Shown: positions 11,872 to 24,733 of the stretch, piece after piece
Numbering within the stretch: position 1 is the stretch's first letter
How the letters are laid out: every line of letters starts with the position of its first letter
From: Octopus bimaculoides
Taxonomy: Eukaryota
NCBI RefSeq assembly: GCF_001194135.2
Contig: NC_068990.1
Coordinates: forward strand, 64,045,706 to 64,109,705
Length of the DNA: 64,000 nt
Direction: 5' to 3'
Position numbers and translations under genes: made by a program
Notes under the pieces: model-generated
Told to the model about the DNA's origin: nothing
Seen by the model: the letters and a program-made list of their open reading frames with translations, nothing else
The model's database searches: none

Positions 11872-12609
11872 TAGATTCCTTCAAAACTATAAAATTGATA
11901 ACAAGCAGCCCTGCTTGTTATCTATCATGAAATAGTTTCATACAAAGAAAATTTGTTTCTCATCCAGCTAACATTACATAGAGTGGAGTTAAGTTCAGAT
12001 TCTGTTGAGCTGTTTAGTTGTTCCAAATGAAAAACTTCACTTTCTCTGTATATGTATGTGAAAGCCTAAGGAAAGCATGAAAGAAGAGATATTGTTAGTT
12101 TCTCAAAATTGTATTCAACTGGATCAAACCAATAAGAGCCATGATGTCATTTTGTTGGAAAGTATATATATAAATAAATAACTGTATGTCACTTAGTGAA
12201 GGAATGAGAATTTTGCATTTATTCTTATATAATTGTCTCTCTTTTGCAAACCCAATTATGGTCCTGTGTTCATGATACCAATCAATTTTTATTTTCATGC
12301 ATATTTGTAATGAGAGAAAAGTAATTGTAAGAAAAACGTGAATGGGGTAAAAAAAAATGATGAGCCAAAATAGCCCAGTTATACAACTGGTTTAGTTTTC
12401 TTTTTCAACTATCTTATAAAGATGATTTCAAGTTCAAGCAGAACTCACAGCTACTTTATTCTTTACTAGCACAACTGAATCACTGAAGACTAAATTTTAA
12501 GGCTTGCTTGTGCAACATTTTTAGTAACAATTCAATTAATTTTCCTTCAAGCCTTACTTTGACTACATTTTTTATACAGCTGGAATATGGAGTTCACTTG
12601 TAATCAACT

Positions 12610-12710
12610 NNNNNNNNNNNNNNNNNNNNNNNNNNNNNNNNNNNNNNNNNNNNNNNNNNNNNNNNNNNNNNNNNNNNNNNNNNNNNNNNNNNNNNNNNNN
12701 NNNNNNNNNT
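12610..12710. other. Assembly gap (N); other gaps at 12924-12933, 20857-21456, 21644-21653, 49454-49912 and 59846-59996
   Basis: Runs of N, mostly next to microsatellites. Confidence 0.99.
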
Positions 12711-12865
12711 ATTTATATGAATAATATATAGTCTATTGACTAGTTTTTTTCTTCTTGCTAGACTACTGGTAGCAAAAGGAATTTCTAAATTTTTTTTGCT
12801 GCCCTGAGATTTATTAATATATATATATCGTTTTTGCATTTGGTTTCCCCAGACACAACAATATA

Positions 12866-12923
<58 letters not shown>

Positions 12924-13256
12924 NNNNNNNNNNTATATATATATATATACACACACACGCACACACACATATATATACATACATACATACATACATACAT
13001 ACATACATACATACATACATACATACATACAAACACATATTTCTTTATTACTATAGCTGCTCTCTAACAATATATATGTCAGAACTCTGTTAGTGTAGCC
13101 TTATAAAACAGAATTATAAAACTCTGTATCACTGTATCAGATAACACCATAATGATTTTATAACTTCACATTTATATCACTTATCTTCTAATATCACAAC
13201 ATAGTAATACAAGATTTTTCTTTTCTTCTTTTTCCCCCTTTTTTTTTTTCCATCAG

Positions 13257-13462
13257 GTCTTCAGAAACTTCTCGAAGCTACTGAGTCTGTGAATGAACTT
13301 TCAAAACAATTGGCTGTCAAAGAAAAAGAACTAGAAGTTGCTTCGAAGAAGTCTGATGAAGTTTTAGCTGAGGTTACCACTAAGGCACAAGCTGCAGAAA
13401 ATGTTAAAGCTCAAGTTCAACAAGTAAAAGATAAGGCACAAGCTATTGTGGATGCGATTTCA
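13257..13462 (+). CDS. DNAH5: Dynein heavy chain exon 5 (stalk CC1)
   Basis: ccatcag|GT CTT ... ATT TCA|gtaagt; (G)[31 protein letters not shown]...[10 protein letters not shown]; 206 nt, phase 1 to 0. Confidence 0.95.
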
Positions 13463-14349
13463 GTAAGTGTTTTTAAGTGATCAATGTTATAAGGTGCAAA
13501 GTGTAGCCTTAAGAATAATGCCTGTCATTATTGTTGTTGCTATGGCCATCACATACATTTCTACCATTTGCTAAAGCACATTTTAAACACCATCTTAAAT
13601 CAAAATATATCATTGTCTTTTCAAACGTCTGTCACAAGTACAGTTGTGGGCCAATGAGGAAATCATTGTGTGATTGATAAACCTACTAGAAAAAGCTGTC
13701 AATTAAATGATATCATCTTAAAACAGGACAATTTCAATAGTGTAATTCTTGGTACACATGACCTGAACCCCCCCCCCCCAGATAATCATGGCTTTTCATC
13801 TTTTCATCAGGACTGATCTGATGCTAAACGTCAACAAGAGCAGTCGTCACCATCATTTGCACAAAAGCTTCAGCCTGAATTATCACTCACTACAAAACCC
13901 ATAATCACTATCAGCACCTGGGGGCCTCTGTACAACAGCTAAACCTATTAAAAATAGCCAGATTGCTTCATATTATATCCTACTGTGTTAAGTAATGAAG
14001 ATCACATTAGATAGTTGTATATAGTCCTGAAAAGAAGGGCTAGTCATAGCTTGAATGCTTTTAATTTTAGGTCTGCTCAGTCAGGGCTGATCTGAGACTA
14101 AGCAACATTAACAACTAAACAACTATCACCACTGTCATCTTATGAACCACTATGTCTGCCATAGTTATTGTTGTCATTATTCTCACTTTACCACCACAAC
14201 CATATCTAGTATTATAATCCCTATTGCCTGTACAATTATTATAACTACTGTATGTATCTTGCTACTTAAATCACCACAACTGTCATTATCAGTATATCTT
14301 TCACTCATAACCGGGACAGTTTATACAATAAAGAATTATTATTCTGCAG

Positions 14350-14452
14350 GTAGACAAGGCCATTGCTGAAGAGAAACTCGAGGCTGCCAAACCAGCTCTT
14401 GAACAAGCTGAATCAGCTCTACAGACTATTAAACCAACACATATTGCGACAG
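14350..14452 (+). CDS. DNAH5: Dynein heavy chain exon 6 (CC1 end, MTBD start)
   Basis: tctgcag|GTA GAC ... ACA G|gttaga; [34 protein letters not shown](V); 103 nt, phase 0 to 1. Shorter than the ORF-track cutoff. Confidence 0.93.
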
Positions 14453-15249
14453 GTTAGACATTTCTTGTATATTCTTTTGTTTCCAATGAATGCATGTATC
14501 CTCCAGCAAAGCACTTAATCCTACTTTCTTAGACTTTATACTAATTATGAAACCATTATATTTCAAGGCCAGAGTCTCCAGACATAGAGAAATATTGCAT
14601 TTATTTAACTTATGCCAACATAATGATATGGATGTTATTATTATAGTCAAATGGCTTAAGTTAATCAGCAAAATCATTAGTACTGAGACCTTTTTTATGG
14701 CATTATTTACCAATGTAAAATAATTGATAGCGGTCAAGAGTTGTTGCTCCGACGATAGTTGAAATCAGTTAGTAGGAAGTTTTGGTGGAATGTGAGGAGG
14801 ACAAAATAACATGGTCACCAGCAACAGGAAGCTAATTCAATGGAGAGAGCATGTACATGAACAAATAGTGTCTGGTCAAATAAATTAAATGACACAAGGA
14901 TAGAAAACAATAAGCATGAACATTTCCAATAAAATTTAACTCGGTTAAGTAAATAGTTTGTAATGACTAAGTTTGCACAGTCTTTAGTTCAAATGCTTAA
15001 AAGCACACATTATTTGGCAAGAGTGCATGGCAGAATGAACCAAATAAAAAAATATGTTTACTACTTTATTTTATGGGAAATAAAGAACACATTATAATGA
15101 TGTAATTTGGTGAATTGTTATAAAGGTGTATAAAGACGACACAGCCATAAGTTGTTGATGAAATACCCATCAGAGATGTTTTGCCCCATAGAAACACAGC
15201 AGAAGCTACTTAAGGATATTACAAGCTCTTCTCCTGTGTCATCTCCAGA

Positions 15250-15323
15250 GTCATCATCATATTGTTGTATGGCAGTGAGACTTGGGCCACATATGCCAGA
15301 CAGGAGAAGCAATTCAACACCTT
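15250..15323 (+). mobile_element. Short RTE LINE ORF fragment
   Basis: Translates ILLYGSETWATYARQEKQFNTF, an RTE post-RT motif (LLYGSETW). It stops abruptly at the (CCCTAA)n tract. Confidence 0.6.
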
Positions 15324-15345
15324 CCCTAACCCTAACCCTAACCCT
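15324..15345 (+). repeat. Short interstitial telomere-type repeat (CCCTAA)3 CCCT
   Basis: ccctaaccctaaccctaaccct read directly. Confidence 0.85.
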
Positions 15346-17594
15346 TCAAGAATGTATCTCAACAAAACCATGATGATTGAAACAAGTGAAAGAGGAATTA
15401 TAAAATCAAGTTATCTTGGTGGCATCATTTACTTGAAGTGAACATAGTAAGATATTGTTTGACAACATTGAAATATCACAGACATTTTACGATTTTATAT
15501 AAAGTTATGAAGCAGCAGTGAAATTGTTAAGTTATTATGAAAGTTATTAGTGAAAGAGTGTCAGTGTTTAAAAGGTCATTGTTTAGTCCAAGAACAATAA
15601 TCAAAGACATTCCGACATCATTCTTTTATTCAGGTATCGTGTTTAATACTGTATTATTCCATGCATTCTTACATATCATTTTCAAGATGATAAGATATGA
15701 TTTAAGAGAATTTTGGCTACTATTTCTTATACTTAATGTGACTATTGTGGAAATGCATGTCTTAGTGGTTAGGGTGTTAGACTCATGATCGTAAAATTGT
15801 GGTTTCAATTCCTGGACCAGGTGACACGTTGTGTTCTTGAGCAAAACACTTCATTTCATGTTGCTCCAGTCCATACAGCTGGCAAAAATGAGTAATCATG
15901 TGATGACCAGTGTCCCATCCAGATAGTAAATATATACACCATGGAAACCAGAAAACTGGCTCTGTGAGTCAATATCACTCAAGAAGTTCCCTTGTTTCTA
16001 TAATGATAATGAACTTTGATGGTGATGATAATTTGATTTGCATGTTGTTGCTTTCAACATTTTCCATCTCTAACTAGCCTTCTCCTTCAAAGATGGGGAA
16101 TACTTCTGTTCTGAACAACTGCCAAGTCTCTTCTAAATTCAAATGAAACCCACGATGGCATAATGCAAAGCACTGTTCCATTGTGGTTGTTCAATGGAAT
16201 GCACACAATGGAATACTGATGCTTTTACATTTAAGGAGCTGACAATGACAAAGTTGAAGAAGAAGTGTGAAACAGCCACCAAGCATCTTCTAGCCATCAG
16301 TGGAACTATTTCATTATGTGACCAGATACTAGTCAAGTGATTAACTGTGGAACTTTACATCTACTTGACAATCAAAGAAACAAATTGTGTCCTAAATTAG
16401 ATTCAAAAGCAAAACTATCTGTCTCACTGGCGGGCAAGGATTCACCAACAAACACACTCCTTTTCTAGTGCACACACAAGCCATTTCTTTGCTTTGTTGC
16501 TCTATCTTTTCTACCATTGCAATAGCAATTTGACCTTATCTGAACTAGCTATTTCCAACCATCTCCACCTGATATACACATTTCTCCTCCTCTTATCACC
16601 TTTGCTGAATTCTTCCCATTCCTAGTCCTTCACTAATCACTTCACCCAATCCTTCCTTCACAAAATGTCAATCCACTGGAATTCTTTTGTTGTTGAAGTT
16701 TTTTTCCCTACAAGTATTAACTCGCATATTTTCAAGCAGATTATCAACCACATCAATCCAACTAGCCTCAAGGGGTCAAGGAAAGGATATATCTCTGTGC
16801 CTCAGTGGGTCAGATGCACAGGAATAGATCCTACCTTCTAAATAAAACTATATAAAAATGATATTTTCATTTAATGTATATAGGTATTCAATACTTTTGA
16901 TACCAAACTGCTTGAGACAATACTGGTTGCACATTACAAAACCCCTTCTTTTAGAGAGTTCACATTGAAATTCCAATATTCTATGTAAGAACCATTTACT
17001 AAATTACATTATATTCTGTACCATAGCTTCATATACCAATAAATGAAGAAGGTTGTCAGCTTACTAAATTCCAGTAAAATATTTCATCTGAAATACAGCT
17101 ACAAAAGGTTAATGGAATATTACTCTTCTCCCATTGGTCTGGAAATAGACCAATCCCATTTCACAGTCAAGTAATTAAGAATAAGAAGACCTTATATATA
17201 TAGTGAAGGATTTGACAAAACAACACGTTTGGTGTGAATTTCTGTTTCTCATAAGGAAAACCTTTTGTGAAGACTTTTCTAATACTGCAATAGGTTTACG
17301 AAGAAGATTATTTGAGCTGTATCCAAAATCATGAGAGATACCAGCTTTTCAGACTGGTAAGAACTTCCACCAAAGACCATTTCAAATTCAGACAACCTTC
17401 CATGATAACTGATCACTACTGTGAATGCCATGTTCAATGAAAACTGTTGCCTGGCAGCAAAATTTCCAAAGAAGACACTCATTGTGAATGCCATGTAGTA
17501 TGAAAACTGTTGCCTAACTGTAAAATGTCCAAAGAAGGAGACACCCATTAAAGTTTTGTGTCATGTGATTTTAAAATAAAAGAAATCAAAAGTG

Positions 17595-18110
17595 CATTAT
17601 ATTGCTGTGAAATTTGTACTACGTCTACTGACAGATGAACATCAAGAGAACTGAGTCACAAGTACTCAGGGCTTATTTGATTTTCTACAGAAATGAGTGC
17701 CATTACTGATGAGGAAATGGTGTATGAATATGATGTCGAAACAAAAAGACAGTCATCGAGCTAGTTCATCTTTGATGCTGTGCATAGGGTAAAAAATAGC
17801 ATCTCAGACTCATTCAGATGAAAAGACAATGCTGATTGCTTTCTTTTCTTTTTTTTTTTTTTTATGACAGGCAGGGTTTCATTCATCATGGGTTTGATTC
17901 ATGTGATAAAACTAGCAATAAAGGGCAATGCAGCAGTGAAAGGAAGAGCTATTTAGGCAAAGTAGTGAAAAGACATGAACAAAAAAAATCTAGATGCTGC
18001 ATCATGACAATGCACCTACTCACACATCACTTCTTGTCTATGACATTTTGACAAAGTACTGGATAACTCTCATCATCCAGCTGCCTTACTCTCTAGATAT
18101 CATCCCTGTA
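17595..18110 (+). mobile_element. Decayed mariner transposase fragment
   Basis: Motifs across frameshifts: VKFVLRLLT, ITDEEMVYEYDVETKRQSS (from the DETW motif), KTMLIAF..YDRQG, LHHDNAPTHTS, LPYSLDIIP (from YSPDLAP). No TIRs seen. Confidence 0.85.
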
Positions 18111-18117
18111 CACACAA

Positions 18118-18149
<32 letters not shown>

Positions 18150-18339
18150 GCTCACTGATATATGTATATGCCAGTCTTGAAGCAGTTTCTGTGAAATTCA
18201 TTCACAAGACATTGAATGATTCAAGGTTATTGTCAAAAGTACTTGCCCAAGATCTCTGCACACTGGAATTGAACCAGAAATGATGAGGCTGAGAAGTGAA
18301 TTTCCCAACTGCACACCTATGCCTGCACCTATATATATG

Positions 18340-18373
<34 letters not shown>

Positions 18374-18438
18374 TCTTATGCATTCATTACATAGTAATGA
18401 TTTGAACCAGCTAACCTTTGATTATTCAATCATTTCAG

Positions 18439-18626
18439 TCCGCAAGTTATCCAAACCTCCACATCTAATTATGAGGATAATGGACTGCGCGTTGCTTCTT
18501 TTCCAACGGAAAGTTGAACCAATAACAATGGATCCTGAACGGAGCTGTCCAAAACCTTCTTGGATTGAAGCCCAGAAATTAATGAGTTCAGGCCAGTTCT
18601 TACAAGGGTTACTGACTTTTCCAAAG
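18439..18626 (+). CDS. DNAH5: Dynein heavy chain exon 7 (microtubule-binding domain)
   Basis: atttcag|TC CGC ... CCA AAG|gtaatg; (V)[62 protein letters not shown]; 188 nt, phase 1 to 0. Confidence 0.95.
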
Positions 18627-19654
18627 GTAATGATCATTTTTTTCTCCAGTTTCTTTCCCATTTATTTTCTCCATTTTCTCTTCTTCCATCACTTTTTTCT
18701 TTTGAGAAACATAATATGTTATTAAGTATGTAAATAAATAAACAAACCACTTCTGTTGACACTGTCTGCTGATTTTGATTGGACCAACAGAGGGTTTAAA
18801 TGTCACCTAAGTAAATACATCTTATAGATATTGATTGGATATAATCTGAAGATGTCAATGAAGTACATGGGGGTCAGATGTTTATGTTGTTGATGTTAAA
18901 ACTCAAGTGAACAACTCTGATTGAGCCAACCTATCATCAAAGGAGATCATATTGTGTTTTATTCATACATGTACCTCCAACCTCAACCCCACTTATTTTT
19001 CTTTTATCTCATTTTAAAGAGATTTACTTTCAATTCTGATAGGTCCAGCAACCCAGTAATGGTTTGGTTGTTGGCTTGTATCAACCTGAGAAATATGGAC
19101 AATAGATGTTAATCAGACAGGCCATGTGATTTTGACATGATAAAGAGACATAGCTTTTATATGGTCACGTGTTGCTCTTGTATATAAACTAGACTGTGTT
19201 CACATTCACTATACCATTTTCAAGTATAAATTAAAATTAATTCAAAACCAAATAAAATAAACTCAAAGCAAATTAAGATAATTTTAAAACTGATTAAAGT
19301 CTCAAAGCACATTAAATCTTTCCCTTAGGTTTTGCATAAGTGTCTGTTATTTAATTTGTTTCAAGATTATTTTAATTTGTTTTGAAATTATATAAATTTC
19401 CTTTCAATCTTTTAAGTGTGTTCTAATTTGTATTTGAAAAGATGCAGGTAGCGTTAAGATAGATAACATGGTCTAAATAGATATTAAAACTGATGGAAAA
19501 TACTTTTACTGATATTATGTAAACTTAGACATTTGCTATACACACTGTAATAGTTGTAGTAGTGGGAGCGGTGGGGGCAGGAGCGGCAACAGAAGCAGCA
19601 GTGGCAACAGAAGGGGTTATAGTAATGATAAACTTTACTGATTTCTTCTTGCAG

Positions 19655-19822
19655 GACACAATCAATTCTGAAACGGTGGAATTCTTACAGACTTACTTAA
19701 ACATGGAAGATTACAATTTGGAAACTGCAAAGAAAGTCTGTGGTGATGTTGCTGGGTTGCTGTCTTGGACTTGTGCCATGGCCACATTCTTTGGAATAAA
19801 CAAAGAAGTTTTGCCACTGAAG
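19655..19822 (+). CDS. DNAH5: Dynein heavy chain exon 8 (MTBD end, CC2 start)
   Basis: cttgcag|GAC ACA ... CTG AAG|gtaatt; [56 protein letters not shown]; 168 nt, phase 0-0. Confidence 0.95.
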
Positions 19823-20089
19823 GTAATTAGATGGTCACAAATATTGAGAGGGATACCTTGCTGTCATCATTTCTGTTGTAGTAATTGTCAACACGGTCAT
19901 CAGTGTCATCATCATCCTCGGTTTTATGAGGTTTTTCCATGCTGGCATGGGTTGGCTGAGACTTCTTGAGGCAGTATTCTAGAGCTAGATGCCATTCTTG
20001 ATGTCACACTTTCTTGTTTCATATTTTTGCATCTTGAACCACCTTGCTACAGGTCATATTCTTTGTTTGTTTATGTAGGACATATACAT

Positions 20090-20410
20090 GTGAAGGCACA
20101 TAGCTCAGTGGTTAGAGTGTCAGGCTCACAATCAAGAGGTAGTGAGTTCAATTCCCGGACCAGGCTGTGTGTTGTGTTCTGGAGCAAAACACATTTTTTC
20201 ATGTTGCTCCAGTTCACTCAGCTGTAGAAATGAGTTGCAACGTCACTGGTACCAACCTGTATCGGCCTCTGCCTTTCCTTTGGCCAACATCGGTGGCATA
20301 GAGAGGGAAGGCTGGTATGCATGGGCAACTACAGGTCTCCCATAAACAACCTTGTCCAGACTTATGCCTCGGAAGGTAACTTTCTAGGTGCAATCCCATG
20401 GACTGAAGTA
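20090..20410 (+). mobile_element. tRNA/CORE-like SINE family F
   Basis: gaaggcacatagctcagtggttagagtg...gagttcaattcccgg...gtgttctggagcaaaacac. Same family at about 30428-30730; related heads with other tails at about 15750-15990, 37965-38290 and 28385-28550 (-). Confidence 0.8.
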
Positions 20411-20542
20411 GGTTTTTAATCTTTTTAAGGCATATACACCCTTTCAAACAAACACACACACGAGTACATATACATATATTCATATTACTATTGTCTCTGT
20501 TTGACCAGTGTATTGTGAGTAAAATTTGATACTTAGCAACTG

Positions 20543-20594
<52 letters not shown>

Positions 20595-21477
20595 CACATA
20601 TATATATACACACACACACACACATACATATATAAATACAGTTACTAAGTATCAAATTTCAGTCACAGAGCATAGGTCAGAATGAGGCTGTGGCATTACA
20701 TGCATGCATACATACATACATACATATACATACACACACACACACACATATATATATATATGTATGTATGTATGTGTGTATATATATCTATATATATATA
20801 TATGTATGTATATATGTATATATGTGTATATATGTATGTATATATGTGTATATATANNNNNNNNNNNNNNNNNNNNNNNNNNNNNNNNNNNNNNNNNNNN
20901 NNNNNNNNNNNNNNNNNNNNNNNNNNNNNNNNNNNNNNNNNNNNNNNNNNNNNNNNNNNNNNNNNNNNNNNNNNNNNNNNNNNNNNNNNNNNNNNNNNNN
21001 NNNNNNNNNNNNNNNNNNNNNNNNNNNNNNNNNNNNNNNNNNNNNNNNNNNNNNNNNNNNNNNNNNNNNNNNNNNNNNNNNNNNNNNNNNNNNNNNNNNN
21101 NNNNNNNNNNNNNNNNNNNNNNNNNNNNNNNNNNNNNNNNNNNNNNNNNNNNNNNNNNNNNNNNNNNNNNNNNNNNNNNNNNNNNNNNNNNNNNNNNNNN
21201 NNNNNNNNNNNNNNNNNNNNNNNNNNNNNNNNNNNNNNNNNNNNNNNNNNNNNNNNNNNNNNNNNNNNNNNNNNNNNNNNNNNNNNNNNNNNNNNNNNNN
21301 NNNNNNNNNNNNNNNNNNNNNNNNNNNNNNNNNNNNNNNNNNNNNNNNNNNNNNNNNNNNNNNNNNNNNNNNNNNNNNNNNNNNNNNNNNNNNNNNNNNN
21401 NNNNNNNNNNNNNNNNNNNNNNNNNNNNNNNNNNNNNNNNNNNNNNNNNNNNNNNNATATATATATATATATATATA

Positions 21478-22335
21478 CATCATCATCATCATTTAATGTC
21501 CATTTTTCATGCTGGCATCATTTGGACAGTTCGACTGGGGTCTGGGAAGCCAGAAGGCTGCACCAGGCCCCAATCTGATCTGGCAGTGTTTCTACAGCTG
21601 GATGACCTTCCTAACACCAACCATTCTGAGAATGTAGTGGGCGNNNNNNNNNNGCAGTGTTTCTACAGCTGGATGACCTTCCTAACACCAACCATTCTGA
21701 GAATGTAGTGGGTGCTTTTTACGTGCCACTGGCACAGGGGCCAGAGTAGGCTGGCATCGACCACGACCAAATGGTGCTTTATACACGTCTCTGGCACAGA
21801 AGTCAGTCAAAGCAGCACTGGCATCGGCCATGTTCGGACAGTGCTTTTTACGTACCTCTGGCACGGAGCTCACAACTACAATTTCCATTTGATTTGATTT
21901 TGATATTGCCATTGATATTGATGTACTTGACTCAATAGGTCTCCTCAAGCACAGCATGTCACCCTATGATCCAAGGTACTTTTGAGTTGGCTGGTTATGC
22001 AACACTGGTGTGGGTTACAGCTGTGGACTCACTTTATTTGCTGGGTCTTCTCATTGTTCGAAGGTTATGCTTCCCTACCTCAACCCATGTCTTTCTGGGT
22101 CTCCCTCTACCCTGGATTTCTTCCACTGTTTGGGAGTGGCACTTCTTCACACAGATCTCCTCATCCATCCGCAGTACATAACCATACCAATGCAAACATC
22201 TCTCTTGCATGCCACATTCGATGCTTCTTATGTCTAACATTTCTCTCAGGGTGCTTAGACTTTGTTGTGCGTGCACACTGACATTACACATCCAGTGGAT
22301 CATGGTAGCATCATTTCTTTCAAGCCTATGCATGA
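21478..22335 (-). mobile_element. 5'-truncated RTE LINE copy, same family as 50027-51946
   Basis: Minus ORF ...ERNDATMIHWMCNVSVH...DIRSIECGMQERCLHWYGYVLRMDEEICVKKCH...GRGRPRKTW aligns with 50.9-51.2 kb. It has the same 3' tail and (GAT)n end. Confidence 0.9.
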
Positions 22336-22549
22336 TACATACATATATATATGTGTGTGTGTGTGTGTGTGTATGCATATATGTATATATATGTACATAC
22401 ATACATATATATACATATATATGAAAGGTTTGAAAATGTTATTGTTGTTGTCAAAGTTAGGAGTGGTGTGTGTTTGATGTTTTGTGATTTGTTGTTGGTG
22501 AAGTGTGTGAGTTATAGTTATTTTTCTAAAATATGGGTTGCTACCAAGT

Positions 22550-23255
22550 ATTGTAAGAGATGACCTGGACCTACTAAATCATCTCTCCAAACATACCAAT
22601 AAAGACATTTTCATTGACTCCTTTGATGTAATAAACCTTTACACTATGATCCCACATCAATATGGACTGGAAGCCATTAAATTCTGGCTAGAAAAATACC
22701 CCAATGAGGTCCCGGAAAGAATAGAAAAGAATTTATCATTGAGGACCTTAAGTTTATTCTCCAAAACAACTTTTTGAATTTTAATAATAATACCTACAGA
22801 CAGGTATCAGAGACTGCAATTGGTACTAAAGTTGCCCCTGCTTATGCAAACCTGGTAATGACCGACCTAGAATTACAAATTTATGAAGAATCCAAATCAA
22901 AATATAGCCTGTTTTCCACAAATACCTGTTGGAGAATTGGAAACGCTACTTGGATGATTGCCTCATCCTATGGTCCCACACACTTGACCAACTCAATGAT
23001 TTCAAAAACTTAGTCAACAGTGTCAACAACCATATCCAATTCACAATGGCATATAGTCAAGGCCAACTTCCTTTTCTTGACATTCTTATTATAAGAAAAG
23101 GTACCTACATTGAAACTGATATCCACTACAAACCAACTGATTCCAAACAGTGCCTTCTGTTTACCTCCAATCACCCAAAGCACATGAAGATAAACATCCC
23201 CTTCAACCTAGCGAGAAAAATCTGTACAATTGTCTCAAGTTATAGAACATGAAAT
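22550..23255 (+). mobile_element. Penelope-like element (PLE) reverse transcriptase fragment
   Basis: Three frameshifted ORFs give SFDVINLYTMIPH, FNNNTYRQVSETAIGTKVAPAYANLVM, WKRYLDDCLILW, LPFLDILI and YKPTDSKQCLLFTSNHPKHMKINIPFNLARKIC. These are PLE-type RT motifs plus thumb; the GIY-YIG domain is not clearly present. Confidence 0.85.
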
Positions 23256-23889
23256 AAAAGGCTAAACATTTTTAAAATTGCATTTTCAAGCCTTCTTTCA
23301 TATATATTTCCACTTGTGCAGTACCTTGCAACTTTACTTCTTGATATATATAGGATAAATAAATAATTAGATATAATAAATAAAGTGATTTGTAAAATGT
23401 AAGCCATGTGGGGGGGGGGGGAATGAAGATTTCTGAAACAATAGTGAAACCTTGAATTCATAGAGGAGGGAAGTGGGAAGTTGTGACATTCATATGTTTC
23501 CTGAAAGCACATAAGACAAGCTTTTAATTATGGATCATAAACCTGTTTTAGTTGCCAGAGGAGAAAATAAAATTATTGAAAACAATATCAAACATTACAA
23601 TTCACAGCTGAAATAATGGCATAGACTATTGATTTCTTCTCTCAGCACATGGCCAGAAATCTGAGGAAGGGAACAGTCGGTTATATCGATCACAGTGCAT
23701 AATTGGTACTTTATTTCAATGACCTAGGAAGAGAGAAAGGCAAAGAGACCTGGTTAAGATCACCAGCTCTTTGTAGAGCCTCTCATGTTGGGAACTGATC
23801 AAAGGGCTAATATGGACCACCTCTTTCCAGAGTTTAAAATGGATTTGTGTAGAGCTAGCAGCCCTACCTCAAAAAAGAGAAAAATTACA

Positions 23890-24205
23890 GAAGCACCAAT
23901 GATAATTTAAATCCAACAAGACCTAGGAGAAGAAGGCCTTCTTTTTGAGATACATATGATGTGATGCAGTGAAATCCAAAAGGAAACCAGCATCCTGCAT
24001 TATTTGTCAGGTCCTGACTTAGAACCCACAAGAGAGGGCAGAAGTGGGAATGCCTTAAGAATAGCTGGAGGCAGGATACTGACTGAAGGAGAGCTAAAGA
24101 AGAAGGGATCCAACTGGAGAGAAGTAGAAAAGCAGCATAGATTTGAGAAAATTGAAGAAAGGTCATTGATGATTTCTTCTCTGTAGGGCATGAAGGGTTT
24201 CATTA
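23890..24205 (+). mobile_element. Highly decayed RTE-like LINE 3' fragment
   Basis: Residual GR.G..LR...R.L.EGELKKKGSNWREVEK resembles an RTE ORF C-terminus. Confidence 0.4.
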
Positions 24206-24733
24206 AGTAAATAGCTTGTATTGCTGGGGAACAGTTCTCTATTTAAGCAGTAGAGGGGCTATGTAATTGCTGAGTATATTGTTGATTTACTGTCCTGAGT
24301 TAAAATCTTCCCACAAGCCGCTATGAGAAACTAAAGAAACTATGATAAACTAAATCTAAGGAAATTCCTTTTAATCATATTTTTGAAATGAAATGCCATG
24401 AAAAACTTGCTGCAAAAGACCCTTACAGAGTTCCAACAACTGAATGAGGAACAGGACATTTATCTTTTAATGTAATCATAAAAGGAGGAGAGATGCAAGA
24501 AATAGACTTCAAAAGCATGAAAATTCTATTTGTAAAAGATTTATTTAAAAATACTTTAATGCTGTAAGCTCTCAGACCACTTGCTATTTCTAATTTATCA
24601 TCTAATCTAGAAAAAGAAACTGATAGATAAACCTGAACTTAAGACCATTGAAAAAAGTTGATAAACAAATCTATCTTAAGGTAATTAAAAAATGTATCCT
24701 TTCATGTTTTATAATTTTCTTTCTTTATTTCAG

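Noticed and set aside
16050-16750. Possible very old LINE coding remnants (also 30780-31300 and 24300-24640)
   Set aside because: Only vague residue patterns with no diagnostic motif, too weak to call without a profile search.
17704-17745. CTGATGAG...CGAAAC, a hammerhead-like spacing
   Set aside because: It lies in mariner transposase coding sequence (TDE...VET) and has no supporting stems.
20090-20170. tRNA-like segments with A and B boxes (also 30430, 37965, 59590)
   Set aside because: They lack complete cloverleaves and continue into repeat bodies present in multiple copies, so they are SINE heads and not tRNA genes.
21583-21715. Apparent ~60-bp exact tandem duplication within the RTE tail
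   Set aside because: The two identical copies sit either side of a 10-N gap (21644-21653), typical of overlapping contig ends, so this is an assembly artefact.
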